Made by a program: the position numbers and the translations under genes
Assembly: GCA_964016885.1 (NCBI GenBank)
Contig: OZ024745.1
Location: forward strand, 70,804,001-70,868,000
Direction of reading: 5' to 3'
DNA from: Eledone cirrhosa
Taxonomy: Eukaryota
Length of the DNA: 64,000 nucleotides
In this document: piece by piece, positions 1 through 13,886 of the stretch
Numbering within the stretch: position 1 is the stretch's first letter
How the letters are laid out: every line of letters starts with the position of its first letter
The notes under the pieces: model-generated
Databases searched by the model: none
Told to the model about the DNA's origin: nothing
The model's input: the letters and a program-made list of their open reading frames with translations, nothing else

Positions 1-13
1 TATATATTTATAT

Positions 14-331
14 TTGAAACAAGAAAGCCGGATTTCAATATATTCCTTTAATGTTGCACAAATAATACCTATTTCTATGGCCGGCTTACATCATCAGATC
101 GTGGCGCAAGGCAATCAGTGCCGTCATCATTTAATAAATATTTAAACAAAGAATTGACACGGTGCGCTCACTACGATCAACGGCCTCAATTTATATTTTG
201 CCGTAGCGCAATGATGACGCCACCGGTTGTCTTGCGTCATGTTTAGATTACGTATTTTGGCCTTAGAAACGCGTATTATGTATTTGTGGAACGTTAAAGG
301 AATATATTGAAATCCGGCCATCTATTTTGAA
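14..331. mobile_element. Palindromic MITE/foldback element
   Basis: 27-63 (gccggatttcaatatattcctttaatgttgcacaaat) is a near-perfect inverted repeat of 282-318. An inner pair (~103-131 ggcgcaaggcaatcagtgccgtcatcatt vs ~209-239 aatgatgacgccaccggttgtcttgcgtca) continues the symmetry. Confidence 0.75.
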
Positions 332-1374
332 GTATCGAACTCCGTCTCTGCACCAAACATGAGATACCACATCTACGATGATTGATGCGCAGAACATCGA
401 GTGGTTTTGCTTATTTTATCACGGTCTGTTAATCGAAATGACTAGATCTACCAATTAGTTAAACCTTCCAGCATAAGCAGAATATATATATATATATATA
501 TATAATATCAAGCGTTAACACATCACATAAAAAAAGATATAATTTAGACCAAATCACGACTGTTCTATTTTTGTGTTTGATGCCATCGTCTTATGCAGTA
601 ATTATTCATATACCTCAGACAATATCGGCCCAGCTGTACTTTAAAACATCAGAATATTGTTGAAGGTTGTTAATAGTTAATAGCATTATGACTTTTATAA
701 CATATAGCAGCCATGACATTCGGCAGCTAAAGAAGAGAGATTATAAAAAGAGAATCGTACAGCTTCGTACCAGTGACTAATATTGCTGGGAATAAATTTG
801 AAGTTGAAAGTTTACTGGGAAGACCCACAAGCTAAAACCTTAATTTTACTAAAATATTGGATCGCGTTGTTGCTGTTGGTGCCCTTGTCGTTTAACTTGT
901 TATTGTGTTGCTAGAATTTTTGTATAGGGTGATTTGTTATTAAAACTATTCAAACTATGACCATCCCATTTTTTGAAGCTGATCAGATGGATTACGTTAA
1001 GTGCGACCATGTCTCTAATTCACCCAATCAACGCTAATTTGCCGAATAGGTATTTTAGTTAATCGCACAACTACATACTCATCGTCGGAACCGACAGAAC
1101 TCCACTTATATACATTTCTATAAATATTAAGGTGGGATAAAGGGAGATATATCCCCTATATTTTTTTTAAGAAAATCATTGATGGTTTTACTGACCATGA
1201 GCATTCTAAATGAACGTCAAAGTATTCTAGACGTACACGAGCGCCTTTAACTCTTTATTCAGCGTGACACAGTATATGGCAAATATGTAGGGTAGCATTC
1301 TATCCACAGAGAAGGACTTCCAGATGTTCTGCAGAGATAAGGCTGTATTTAGTATCATTCAAAGAGCCATCGTT

Positions 1375-1535
1375 GTCACAGAGTGTACCACGGTAAATCT
1401 CGCTGAGAACTACATTACGTGTTCAGTCTTGCCAAAGAGTGTACCACGGTGAATCTCGCTGAAAATGACATTATGTTTTTAGCCTTGTCACACAGTTCAA
1501 CACGGTGAATCTCACTGAGAACTACATTATGTGTA
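1375..1535 (+). repeat. Three tandem ~56-bp copies of a SINE-internal segment
   Basis: cacggt(g/a)aatctc(g/a)ctga(g/a)aa(c/t)..cattat repeated three times. The same motif lies inside SINE copies at ~46270 and ~48905. Confidence 0.65.
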
Positions 1536-1545
1536 GGCCCAATAG

Positions 1546-1726
<181 letters not shown>

Positions 1727-2600
1727 ACACATTATTTGGACGGTGAGCAATTTACTTTCTGGAAATCTCAACAAATATTTGATTAGGTGTTTTTATTGTT
1801 AATTACGGGTTTATATTTATAATTATCATGTTTTTGTTTTTAATTAAGTGTTTTACTTTTCATTACATGTAATAATATATAATTAATTGTTTTATTAGTT
1901 GCTAAAACTTTGAAATTAGGTTTTCTTGTGTGTTGGGTTGACTAATGATAGAAGTTAGCAAGTGTCATCAGCGGTCAATATAAATTCATTGTTCTTTTAA
2001 AATTGAATTAACTCGCTATAATATTATTCAGTAAATGAATATATATATATTTATCGTGGCTATTTCTTTACACAATACATCATTCTAATTGATGGGTAAA
2101 GAAAAGAAAATTTCCATTTTATTAGTGTTTTAGGTGTTGTATATATGTTGTAACTAGGAGATTAGAAAAAAAAAGAATACACTAAGAAAATATTGTCCAC
2201 AGAAGCAATGAATATTCTAAATACATCTTGAGATAAAATTTGCATCTAGCTAACTGTATCTCCTTCCCTTCTCTCTCAGTCTCAATATGCATATATATAT
2301 ATATATACACACATACACCCACATACACACACATACAAACACCTATATACACACATATACACACACAAGGCACACATACACACATATATATATGTATATA
2401 TATATACAAATATATAATTATATATATATGTGTGTGTGTGTATGTGTGTGTGTGTGTGTGTTGGACTCTCCCACCGTGTATCGATGTATGAGGGTTCAAC
2501 AGTTTTCTCAGTTCAATTGTTTATCTTTATGCCTTAAATGGCACTTATATATATATATATATCGAATGTAGAAAAGTAACACACGTGTTGATATATATGT

Positions 2601-2656
<56 letters not shown>

Positions 2657-2661
<5 letters not shown>

Positions 2662-2762
2662 GAAGGAAATGTGGTAAGAAACCAGATGGACCACAACGCA
2701 AAGTACTCAACAGATTTAGCCATCGAAACGGCTTGAGCTCTGCTCTCGGGGTCAAACTTCTT

Positions 2763-2765
<3 letters not shown>
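2657..2765. mobile_element. Family B (TA)n-embedded Penelope-like end, inverted/deleted copy
   Basis: 2657-2710 matches the family B 3' end in minus orientation. It switches to plus orientation at ~2711 (gaaacggcttgagctctgc..cggggt). Flanked by (TA)n. Confidence 0.7.
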
Positions 2766-2810
<45 letters not shown>

Positions 2811-2813
<3 letters not shown>

Positions 2814-3300
2814 GTTATTCCGGGTTGAATCGGAGGTAACCACAGTAAGTAAGGTACTCAATACATTGCAGAGTATAAAAGTTTTAATATAGATGAGATT
2901 CTACATGACTAGAACTGTTTCATTCATTAGAAATCATCAGGAATCTGGGTATCAAAAAATAAGTATGGTATATATATAGGTCTCTACAAGTGGTAGGAGA
3001 GGGTGGGGAGTGGGATGGGTGTAGGTCAATGGTTGATAGAATTCATTAAAAGCTAATTCTACAAAGCTATAGTTTATTTTTATTTTTAGAGTAACAAAGG
3101 CAGAAAGAATTCTATAAACAGGTTCAGGATGGCATGCCAATCCTTATTATTAAGTTTCTCTTGAGCTAACAGGTGTCTATAAAATCAGTGGGGGTCAGTC
3201 ATGGTAGATAGATTTAAAGGAAAGGGAGATTCTTTAAAAGCTAATTCTTTACTAAGTGACAAAGGTTTAGAATTCTGTAGACAAATTCAAAATATTGAGT
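2811..3300 (-). mobile_element. Family C Penelope-like element 3' fragment with hammerhead
   Basis: 2811-2939 is nearly identical to 13695-13823, begins at a (TA)n tract and contains a hammerhead at 2896-2946. Upstream minus strand has a decayed ..LNNKD/LACHPEPVYRIL.. peptide weakly like a PLE ORF C-terminus. The upstream boundary is uncertain. Confidence 0.6.
2896..2946 (-). ncRNA. Type I hammerhead ribozyme (minimal)
   Basis: Minus strand reads agattc CTGATGA tttctaatgaat GAA ACA gttctagtca TGT A gaatct: 6-bp stem I, intact CUGAUGA and GAAA boxes, short stems II and III, GUA cleavage triplet. Confidence 0.75.
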
Positions 3301-3387
3301 GCATATCTTACAATTGTCCTCAAATTTCTCTTAAACTATTCAACTATATATGAATGCAGTCGCATTTATATATATGTATATATATAT

Positions 3388-3570
3388 AACAAAGGAAGTG
3401 TGGTAAAGAGCCAGATGGACCATAAGGCACCAGAGTACTCAATACTTAGGGTAGTAGAGTGGGTAATAGGAAAATGTTTAACCCCGATGGCAGAGCTCAA
3501 GCAGTTTCGACGACTATTTATAGCCGTAGAAACGGCTTGAGCTCTGCCGTCGGGGTCTTGAACATCTTCA
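3388..3570. mobile_element. Family B palindromic Penelope-like end in (TA)n
   Basis: Inverted arms 3481-3556 centred ~3518. Carries GAAACGGC-ttgagctct-GCCGTC (hammerhead stem III plus GUC). Homologous to the 13438 and 61795 copies. Confidence 0.75.
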
Positions 3571-3574
3571 TATA

Positions 3575-3689
<115 letters not shown>

Positions 3690-3989
3690 AGAGACTCTAG
3701 GGCGGGATAACTTATGAATAACAAGCTGTTGGGTCATTACAAATATACTATTGGACTCTAATATAGTATTGAGTACTTCTGTTTGATAAAACCAATGGAC
3801 ATACTCATATCTCCTCACACACCTGCATATATACGAGTGCGTGTGTATGTGTATATACTTGTAAATAAATGCATATATACATACATTAAAATATATGCCT
3901 ACAGAGTCACAGCTTGATATATACGTATGAATAAACGTGTATATATGTGTGTGTGTGGAAATAGTCTTATCAGGTATACATATATGAAC

Positions 3990-4447
3990 AGCTACACACA
4001 CATACACACGTAGATACGTGCACACATAGACACATACACACATACACACGTAGATACATACACACATATATACATATATACATACACACATACACACGTA
4101 GATACATACACACATATATACATATATACATACACACGTAGATACATACATACAAGCATACATATATACATTACATTCATACATACATAAATACATACAG
4201 ACATACATACAAACATGCATACACACATACATACATACATATATACATACGTACATACGTACATACATACATACATACGTACATACATACATACATACAT
4301 ATATACATACATACATACGTACATACATACATACATACATACATACATACATACATACATGCATACATACATACATACATACATACATACATACATACAT
4401 ACATACATACATACATACATACATACATACATACATACATACATACA
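3990..4447. repeat. (TACA)n and compound microsatellite
   Basis: Seen directly; explains the MYVC ORFs. Confidence 0.95.
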
Positions 4448-4821
4448 TTTAATACAAAACACATCAATTGAAGTTTTCAATACGATACTAAATACCCTTT
4501 CTATAATTTCATTTCAATATTCTTTAACTTTATACAATACAGTATAAAACACTCTTCATCCTATTCTAGCATGAATTACACTTGATTATGCTTTTCAGTA
4601 TATTGTGCTCTTCAGTACGTTATATCTTTCAGTATATAATGGATATACAAGCTTATCTTTATGTTTACGTTTATCCATTCAAAGTTTTATTTGACAGAGT
4701 AAATACATGGAATAAAGAACGAACGAATGGTTACGTTTTGTTAACTATATTCATATTTTGCACACATACACATGCACACACAAATATACTCACACAGACA
4801 TACATACACACACACACACAC

Positions 4822-4909
<88 letters not shown>

Positions 4910-5076
4910 GTGTGTATATATATATATATATGTATATATGTATATACATACAAACATTTACATAAGAACTATATATATCTATGTATATATATGTATATAT
5001 GTGTGTGCGTGTATATATATATTTATATATATATATAAATATATACAAACACATAATATGAAACTATGTATATATC

Positions 5077-5131
<55 letters not shown>

Positions 5132-5433
5132 ATGTGTGTATATACACGTATATATATGCGTGGTGTGTGTGTGTGTGTATTTATAAATATATACATACAT
5201 ATGTATGTGTGCGTGTGTCTATAGTACAAAATGTATCAAACAGTTTGTCCTTTGTTTTTGCTTGGTGTAATTATGGTTATGAAAGTAATAACGTTTCGCC
5301 AATACAAAGATATTTGATGCGGTGAATTTCTCTCCAAGACAATGTCTTCCAGAATGATTGCTTTACAGTGTATTGGATGCCATCCTTAGAGGTTTGATTG
5401 TCTAACGTCTGATGCCAAGAATCATTGTTGTTG

Positions 5434-5495
<62 letters not shown>

Positions 5496-6109
5496 TTCGT
5501 TCGTGTTGTTTTGTTTTGGTTCTTGCATTTTCTTTTATTAATCTTCATTATTTCAAAAATGTTATTGATTTTTCGAATAATATTATTCGTATTTTGAAAA
5601 ATTAGAAGTGAAATATTGAAAAATATTGAAAATAAATAAATAAATAAATAAATATAAAAATAAACTAAAAATAAAATGAAACAGAAACTATGAAAAAAAA
5701 CACAAAGCTGTAAATGTATTGGATTTTTAATATATAAAATTAAATAGTAAAGTAATTTTAAATATACAACAAAGAAGGGAGGGTTTATACTTAAGATGTG
5801 TTTACATGGCATAGACTCTAGATAACGTGTATTTAGCATTACTAGATATGCGACTTACAACACATATACGTGTATATATATTGTATATATACGGAAAACA
5901 CGACTGAGCTCCAATTTAAAGATTTTTGTAAAGGATTGCTCCCATATCTTTATTAGTTCTTTATGCCAAGTTTGGAGCAGTAACACCCCTAAATATATGT
6001 GTGATATAATGTTAAGGCTCTAAAACATTAATAAGTGGATACGTTAAGGCTCTAAAACATTAATACATGTATGGATTTATGAACGCTACTGTTCCCTAAT
6101 TATACACAC

Positions 6110-6262
<153 letters not shown>

Positions 6263-6489
6263 AACACATGATGATTCAAATGTCTCAATAAGTATATATG
6301 TGATCGAAAACATAAACTGCATACGCCTTTCAAAAGTGTTAATTTAACACAACGGCATGAAATATGTACAAACCACCAGCACAAACGTGAGTTATATCTT
6401 GAAGATTTTATCATTATTTTTCATATATATCGTTGGCGCCAGCTCGATATGGAGCGTTGGTTTCTTTATAAATTCAGCTAAATATTGCT

Positions 6490-6875
6490 GCCATGATGTC
6501 TGTGACGTACTTGTTGGACAGACACAGTTTGCTATGGACTAGCCGTTGGCATATTTTGCTCAAGTGTCTAGGAGGACATCGTAGTTTTGTTCATATTCCC
6601 TCTCCTTTCGGTGCGTCGTATTTCATCCTGGAGTCTTAATTGGTTTTTGAAGGTATTTGAACCCTTAAACACACCTCGCCTCCAGGTTTCACAATTCACG
6701 AGGATCGTCTAGGGCAACTTAATAGAGCGCATTCTGGCAGCAACTTCTGCACAACGCAGTTGATGGCATAATATCATGCCGGAAAGAGAATTCTCAATAG
6801 GTCCTCATCGTTTGTAATATGTTCTTTCCAGTTAAAATTGGGAATGGGGCACACCTTCGTTTGGTCAAATCTTTC
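6490..6875 (-). mobile_element. Decayed RTE-clade LINE 3' fragment
   Basis: Minus-strand translation with frameshifts gives ..NFNWKEHITNDEDL.., ..NCETWRRGVFKGSNTFKNQLRLQDEIRRTERR.. and KICQRLVHSKL.LSN, matching the RTE post-RT region and C-terminal Cys/His motif. Confidence 0.7.
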
Positions 6876-7312
6876 TGATCGTATTAAATCTCAGTGCTGC
6901 AAGGTCTACAATCATAAAGCTGAGTTAAGAAAACACATGCTTTAAAGACATTCGTTTTGAATGTGAGATTATGATTTTCAATGTCTCAGCGTATTAGTAG
7001 TTTATATGTAATGTGGAGAGCCGTAATTCCATTATTGACGGCTTTTTATAAGTACCTTTGTTTGACAAGGACTGGCTTACTATGTGAAGCCTATCCAGGT
7101 ATTGGCTGGGTGAGAATATTTGTCTTGCCATCATTATCTTGCATTCCAAAACACTGAAGAACATCCTGTACACATTACATAACCCGCACGCATATACACA
7201 AACAGGCACACATTATATATATGTCTGTATTTAAGTATATATCTATGTGTGTGTGTATGTATGTATGTGTGTATGTGCTTGCGTGTGTGTGTGCGTGCGT
7301 GTGTGTGTGTGT

Positions 7313-7349
<37 letters not shown>

Positions 7350-7372
7350 CGTGTGTCTCTGTGTGTGTGTGG

Positions 7373-7612
7373 ATATCTGAATTGACATATTTGCTAGTGT
7401 CAGATCGTATGACGTGTGATATTTGTTGTGTGTGTGAGTGCGTGTGTGTGTGTATGTGTGTGTGCGTGCGTGCGCGCGTGTGTGTGTGTGTGTGTGCATG
7501 AGTGTGTGTATGTGTGTGTGTGTGTGTGCGTGCGTGTGTATGTGTGTGTGTGTGTATATCTGAATTGACAAATTTGCTAGAGTGTCAGATCGGATGACTT
7601 GTGATATTTGTT
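7373..7612 (+). repeat. Direct duplication of a ~55-bp unit separated by (GT)n
   Basis: atatctgaattgaca.atttgctag(ag)tgtcagatcg.atgac.tgtgatatttgtt at 7373-7427 and 7556-7612. Confidence 0.85.
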
Positions 7613-7682
7613 ATGGATTCTCTACTCCCTAAGTTCATATATTGCATTCTACCGTGGTCGATAAATTAAGTACCAATCAGGT

Positions 7683-7724
<42 letters not shown>

Positions 7725-7987
7725 TGGAGCAATGTTAGAAGAGTGTGCTGACTGAACACTTACTATGAACCTTCCTACAATATAGAACAGTTCATCCTTC
7801 GACGGACCAGTTTGCAGATCCGCACGGAAAAAAAATCTATATTATTGTACTTATGTATCCAAACCTATAAAATAAGGATTATATATATATATATATATCT
7901 GTGTGTGTGCGTTTATGTGTGTGTGTGAGCGCGCGTTTGCGTATGTGTGTGTATGCGTACGTATATATATGCATATATATATATACG

Positions 7988-8018
<31 letters not shown>

Positions 8019-8075
8019 TAGTCTTCAAATTTATTATTATTACTATATATATATATATATATATATATATGCATA

Positions 8076-8106
<31 letters not shown>

Positions 8107-8280
8107 ATGTGTCTATATATATATGTATATGTCTGTGTGTGTGTGTCTGTGTGTTTGTATAAACAAGTATACCTATGCATATGCATATATAGACATATAT
8201 ATATATATATATATATATACGAATATAAATAAATATATATATATATTTATTTATTTATTTATTTATACATATGCATATAC

Positions 8281-8311
<31 letters not shown>

Positions 8312-8626
8312 GATACATATTTACATATATACGTGTATGAGTGTGTGTGTCTGTGTGTGCATATGCATATATACATATATATATATGGGTGTGTGTGCAT
8401 GTGTGTGTGTAAAGAGGGAGACAGAACTATGTGTGCATGTGTGCATATGAGCATGTGTGTGTATGCATGCTTCGTCGTCTCATCTGTTGGTGTAGGTTAG
8501 CGTGCATAGGTAACTTGAGTGAAGTTTCAAATATACTACATTAAAGTACGCCGTGTCAAAATGTAGAAGACGAAATGTTGCTGATTGCAGGCTTGTTAAC
8601 GATCATATGTACTTCCGTTTCAAAAG

Positions 8627-9870
8627 TACACCACACTACACCACCGTCTTCAACTACACCACGGTACACTACACTACACCACGGTACACCACACTACACC
8701 ACCGTCTTCAACTACACCACGGTACACTACACTACACCACGGTACACCACACTACATCACCGTCTTCAACTACACCACGGTACACTACACTACACCACGG
8801 TACACCACACTACACCACCGTCTTCAACTACACCACGGTACACTACACTACACCACAGTACACCACACTCCACCACGGTACACCACACTACACCACCGTC
8901 TTCAACTACACCACGGTACACTACACTCCACCACGGTACACCACACTACACCACCGTCTTCAACTACACCACGGTACACTACACCACAGTACACCATACT
9001 CCACCACGGTACACCACACTACACCACGGTACACCACATTCCACCACGGTACACCATACTCCACCTCGGTACACCACACTACACCACGGTACACCATACG
9101 ACACCACCGTCTTCAACTACACCACGATACACTACACTACACCACTGTACACCACACTCCACCATGGTACACCACACTCCACCACCGTCTTCAACTACAC
9201 CACGGTACACTTCACTCCACCACGGTACACCACACTCCACCACGGTACACCACATTCCACCACGGTACACCACACTCCACCTCGGTACACCACACTACAC
9301 CACGGTACACCATACTACACTACCGTCTTTCAACTACACCACGGTACACTACACTCCACTACGGTACACCACACTCCACCACGGTACACCACACTCCACC
9401 ACCGTCTTCAACTACAACACGGTACACCACACTCCCCACCGTCTTCAACTACATCACAAGTACACCACACTCCACCACAGTGCATCACACTCCACCACGG
9501 TACACCACACTCCACCACGGTACACCACACTACACCACCGTCTTCAGCTACACCACGGTACTACGGCACACCACGGTACACCACACTCCACCACCGTCTT
9601 CAGCTACACCACGGTACACCACACTACACCGTCTTCAACTACATCACAGTACACCACACTACACCACCGTCTTCAACTACACCACGGTACACCACACTAT
9701 ATCACCGTCTTCAAATACACAACGGTACACCACACTACACCACCGTCTTCAACTACATCACAAATACACCACACTACACCGTCTCCAACTATACTACATT
9801 ATACTACACTACACCTCCATTACACTACCCCATCTACAGCTTCACCATGCTACACGACACTACACCATCT
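8627..9870 (+). repeat. Modular tandem satellite (~1.25 kb)
   Basis: Built from acaccacact, acaccacggt, acactacact and acaccaccgtcttcaact modules. The 58-bp higher-order unit at the left decays rightwards. Confidence 0.95.
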
Positions 9871-10089
9871 TAGGCGCCACCACCATCATTTCTGCCCTCT
9901 CAACTTCACCTTGCAACATCCTAAGCGACTTTTCTTTCACTCGTCTTCGATTTTTTCTTTCACATTATATTTCTGTACTTTATTTTATTTTTATTTTATT
10001 TTAGTTTAGTTTAGTTTTGTTATATCTTTCTTGATTTTATTTTTTTAAATTATTTTGTTTGTGATTTTGGTGTCAGCTAAAACAGCTCT

Positions 10090-10567
10090 CGTCTGCCACC
10101 TTAACCCTGATGCTCTCTTCCTCCCTCGCGCTTACATTACCTACACTCTTCATCCCACCCTCTCTCTCTGGTTTTAGTCTATCTATCTCTCACTCTTTCT
10201 CCCCCTCTCTTTCTCTCTCCGTGACTCGCTCCTTCTGTCTTTCTCTCCTTTCTCAGCCCCTTCCTATATAGTGCTGCTCTTTCTTTTACTCTCCCACTAG
10301 CCTCTTTCTCTAGTTTCTCTCCCTCTAGCTTCACTGCCTCTAGCTTATTTCCCTCTGGCTTTCACCTCTTTTTCTATCTTCTTTCTAGCCTAACTCTTCC
10401 TAGCTTCGTTCTTTCACTAGACTCTCTGATTCTACCTCTTCTCTCTAGCCTCTTTCTCTCTAGCAACACTCTGTCTAGTCTATTTTTTTCTAGTCTCTTT
10501 CTATCACAGTCACCCCTGCTCATCTACTATTTATCCTTCTAGTTTCTACCACTCTCTCTCCCTCTCC

Positions 10568-10600
<33 letters not shown>

Positions 10601-10887
10601 AACTTTTCTCAGTTGTAGATCCTCTCCTCTCAAACTATGTTGCTTATTCCCTCCTATTCAACCAGTGTATGTTGCTCTCTCTTTCTCTCTCAGTCCCCTC
10701 TCTCTCTCTCTCTCTTCCTTCTTTAATGTTTTACAACTTCTTTCTCTCTAACAATTCCATATCTCTCTGTCTTAATTTACGTTGTTTTCTTGCAAACATC
10801 TCCTCTATCTTTTTCATTCTATTTACCACTCACATCTATCTCTCTCCCCTCCCTCTCTCTCTCACTCTCACTCTCTCTCTCTCTCTC

Positions 10888-10925
<38 letters not shown>

Positions 10926-11103
10926 AATGTACCTTGCTATCTTTCTTTCCTTCATTGTTTCTCTCAGATGTCTTTTATTTCGTAGCCATTAATTCTTACC
11001 TCACCCTCACAAATATATTCTCTCTATCTCTAAATATTTATCACTCCCTCTCTTTATCTGTCTCACTTTTTTCCCCTCTGTCTCTTTCTATCTCTCTACT
11101 ATC

Positions 11104-11141
<38 letters not shown>

Positions 11142-11719
11142 TCTCTCTCTTTCTTTCTCTGGCCCCTCTCTCACACTATATTTTAACTCTCTATAACTAC
11201 AAATGTCTCTCATTCTGTTTATCTATCTATCTATCTATCGATCGATCTATCTATCTATCTAATCACACACACTAAATAGAGACCCTTATGGCTTTTTGTC
11301 CTCACCCCTTTGTGTTCCCCGCACTCTCTCTCTCTCTCACACTCTCTGACTTTCTCTCTCCCTCTCTCTCTCTCTTACTTTCTACTTTTCCAATTCTCTC
11401 CTGAATCCTTTTACTCCACTTGCTGATTTTCACTTTCTCTCATATTACATCCTCCTCCCTCTCTCACCCCTCTCTCTCCCCCTCTCTCTCCCCCTCTATC
11501 TCCCCCTCTCTCTCCTCCTCTCTCTCCCACTCTTTCTCTTTCATATATCTCTTTCCTACACACAATCTCTCTCTCTCTCTTTCTTGATTTTCCTTCATTT
11601 TCTTCATCTCTCTCACACTCTCACTCTCTCTTTCTTCCATTCTCTTATCTCGTATTCCCTCCCTCCTTCTATTTCACTATCTAACAATACCTCTCCCTCT
11701 ACTCACTCTCTCCTCTCCA

Positions 11720-11753
<34 letters not shown>

Positions 11754-12410
11754 GACTCACTATCTCACATTACCTCTCACTCTCCCCTCTCTCTCTCTCC
11801 CTCGCTCCTCTCCTCCACTTCTCTCCTACCTTCTCTCTCCTACTTTCTCCCTCACACTTTCTCTCTCCCCACTTTCTCTCCCACTTTCCATCCCACTTAC
11901 TCTCACCCCCACTTCACCACTTTCTCTCTCCCCCACGTTACCCCCCCCCCCCCCATCTCTGTTATACCAGAAGTCTTACTCTATTTGCTTCTTTTTACTT
12001 TTCTTTCATTTTTTATATTTTCCTAATTTGTTTTCCTGTTTTTTTTGTTTTGGTACAGGAGCGTATGTTTCTTACAATATTTTCTTTCTTTTTTCCCCCC
12101 TCTTCTTCCTATGTTCTTTCCTGCTTTGCTTCTACTTTCTCTTCTTCCATTTGTTCTTGTTTTTTTTACGTCTTTTTCTTCTTGTTCTTCTTGTTCTTCT
12201 TCTTCATATTCTTGTTCTTCTTCTTCCCCCTTCTTCTTCACCTTTTTCTTCTTCCCCTTCTTCTTCTTCTTCCTCTTCCTCTTCTTCTTTCCCTTCTTCA
12301 TTTTCTGCTTCTTCCCCTTCTTCTTCTTCCTCTTCCCCTTCTTCTTCTTCTTCTTCTCCTTCTTCTTCTTCCCCTTCTTCTTCTTCTTCTTCCCCTTCTT
12401 CTTCTTCTAC
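10090..12410. repeat. Polypyrimidine (CT)n/(TTC)n low-complexity tract
   Basis: Seen directly. Similar tracts at 20440-21690, 40190-40490, 55260-55490 and 59970-60400. Confidence 0.9.
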
Positions 12411-12417
12411 AAATAAT

Positions 12418-12640
12418 AATAATGGTTTCTGATTTAGGCACAAGGCCAACAATTTGAAGGGGAGGGGGTAAGTCGATTAAATCGACTCCAGTACATTACT
12501 GGTACTTTATTTTATCGACCCCGTGAGGATGAAAAGCAAAACTAACCTCGGCGGGATTTGAAATCAGAATGGCAAGGAACGTAACTCTATGCGTCAAAGC
12601 ATGGCGTCCGACCCTCTACCGATACTGCCAATTCACCGAC
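12418..12640 (-). mobile_element. tRNA-derived SINE (family A, long-tail form)
   Basis: Minus strand has an A-box-like ttggcagtatcggtaga, B-box-like gatttcaaatccc, core ttttcatcctcacggggtcgataaaataaagtaccag and an (att)n tail. Confidence 0.85.
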
Positions 12641-12656
12641 CCACCGTCCATATAAT

Positions 12657-12884
12657 AACGGATTGGCAGTATCGGTAGAGCATCGGACAAAATGCTTTGC
12701 AGCATAGAGTTATGGCCCCTTATGTTCTGAGTTCTGAGTTCAAATCTCGCGCCGCGGTTAGGTTTGCTTTTCATCCTTACGGGGTTAATAAAATGTAGTA
12801 CCAGTCACACACTGGGGTCGATTTAATCGACCCTCCCCCTCCCTTCAAATAGTTGGCCTTGCGCCTAAAATAGAAGCAATTATT
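12657..12884 (+). mobile_element. tRNA-derived SINE (family A, long-tail form)
   Basis: ttggcagtatcggtagag...gagttcaaatc...tttcatccttacgggg...gtcgatttaatcgac...ggccttgcgcctaaaatagaagcaattatt. Confidence 0.85.
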
Positions 12885-13437
12885 TTCCCTTCCATTTTTC
12901 AAAAATTATTTCCCGCCTTAATTAGAAAGAACTTCAGAGTAACTTCCCCTATATCTCCTGAAGGGAATCTACCGTAATTCCCCTTTAAAAAGTCCCACAA
13001 ATGAATTTCTTATTCTTGTTAATATCTATGATGTGTCACATTAACCGTTATATCATGCCAGACACAAAAACATGCATCGTTTCAATAGTCACACAGTTCC
13101 ACATGTCACCACATCAGAAAGTGTAAACGAACACACAGACACATTAGAAATCCAAGGAGCAATGAAAAACACAGGATTATAACTCAAACAAACCAATATC
13201 GTAATACTACTTTTTTTACTTTCATTCCTTTTTTAAGTACTCTGCAAATTAGCATTGAGTTTGCTCTCGCTTTATATTGACTATAATCCCTACATGGACA
13301 CACACACACATACGCACACACAAAGACATAATCACACGTACATACCCACACCCATACCCCCACACACACACACAAACATACACACGCACACACACACACA
13401 TACACACACACATATACATATATATATATATATATAT

Positions 13438-13633
13438 AAAATGAAAATGTTTAACCCCGACGGCAGAGCTCGGGCCGTTTCGACGGATATTTCTGGACTC
13501 CAGAAATATCCGTCGAAACGGCTTGAAATCTGCCGTCGGGGTTAAACATTTTCATATTACCCACTCTACTACCCTAAGTATTGAGTACTCTGGTGCGTTA
13601 TGGTCCATCTGGTTCCTTACCACACTTCCTTTG

Positions 13634-13635
<2 letters not shown>
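13438..13635 (+). mobile_element. Family B palindromic Penelope-like end in (TA)n
   Basis: Inverted arms 13441-13555 centred at 13498, with a hammerhead 3' half GAAACGGC..GCCGTC gggg followed by the conserved 3' end (..ccctaagtattgagtactctgg..). Confidence 0.75.
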
Positions 13636-13694
<59 letters not shown>

Positions 13695-13697
<3 letters not shown>

Positions 13698-13886
13698 GTT
13701 ATTCCGGGTTGAATCGGAGGTAACCACAGTAAGTAAGGTACTCAATACATAGCAGAGTATAAAAGTTTTAATATAGATGAGATTCTACAGGACTAGAACT
13801 GTTTCATTCTTTAGAAATCATCATCCTGATGATTTCTAAAGAATGAAACAGTTCTAGTCCTGTAGAATCTCATCTATATTAAAACT

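Noticed and set aside
60-100. Hammerhead on the minus strand (CTGATGA...GAAA)
   Set aside because: Stems II and III cannot form convincingly, and it lies within the palindromic MITE.
8553-10009. 483/432/281-aa His-Thr-Tyr-rich ORFs
   Set aside because: All three frames are open because the satellite lacks stop triplets; the unit length (58 bp) is not a multiple of three.
12023-12457. Glu/Lys- or Ser/Phe-rich protein
   Set aside because: (TTC)n-derived low complexity running into a SINE.
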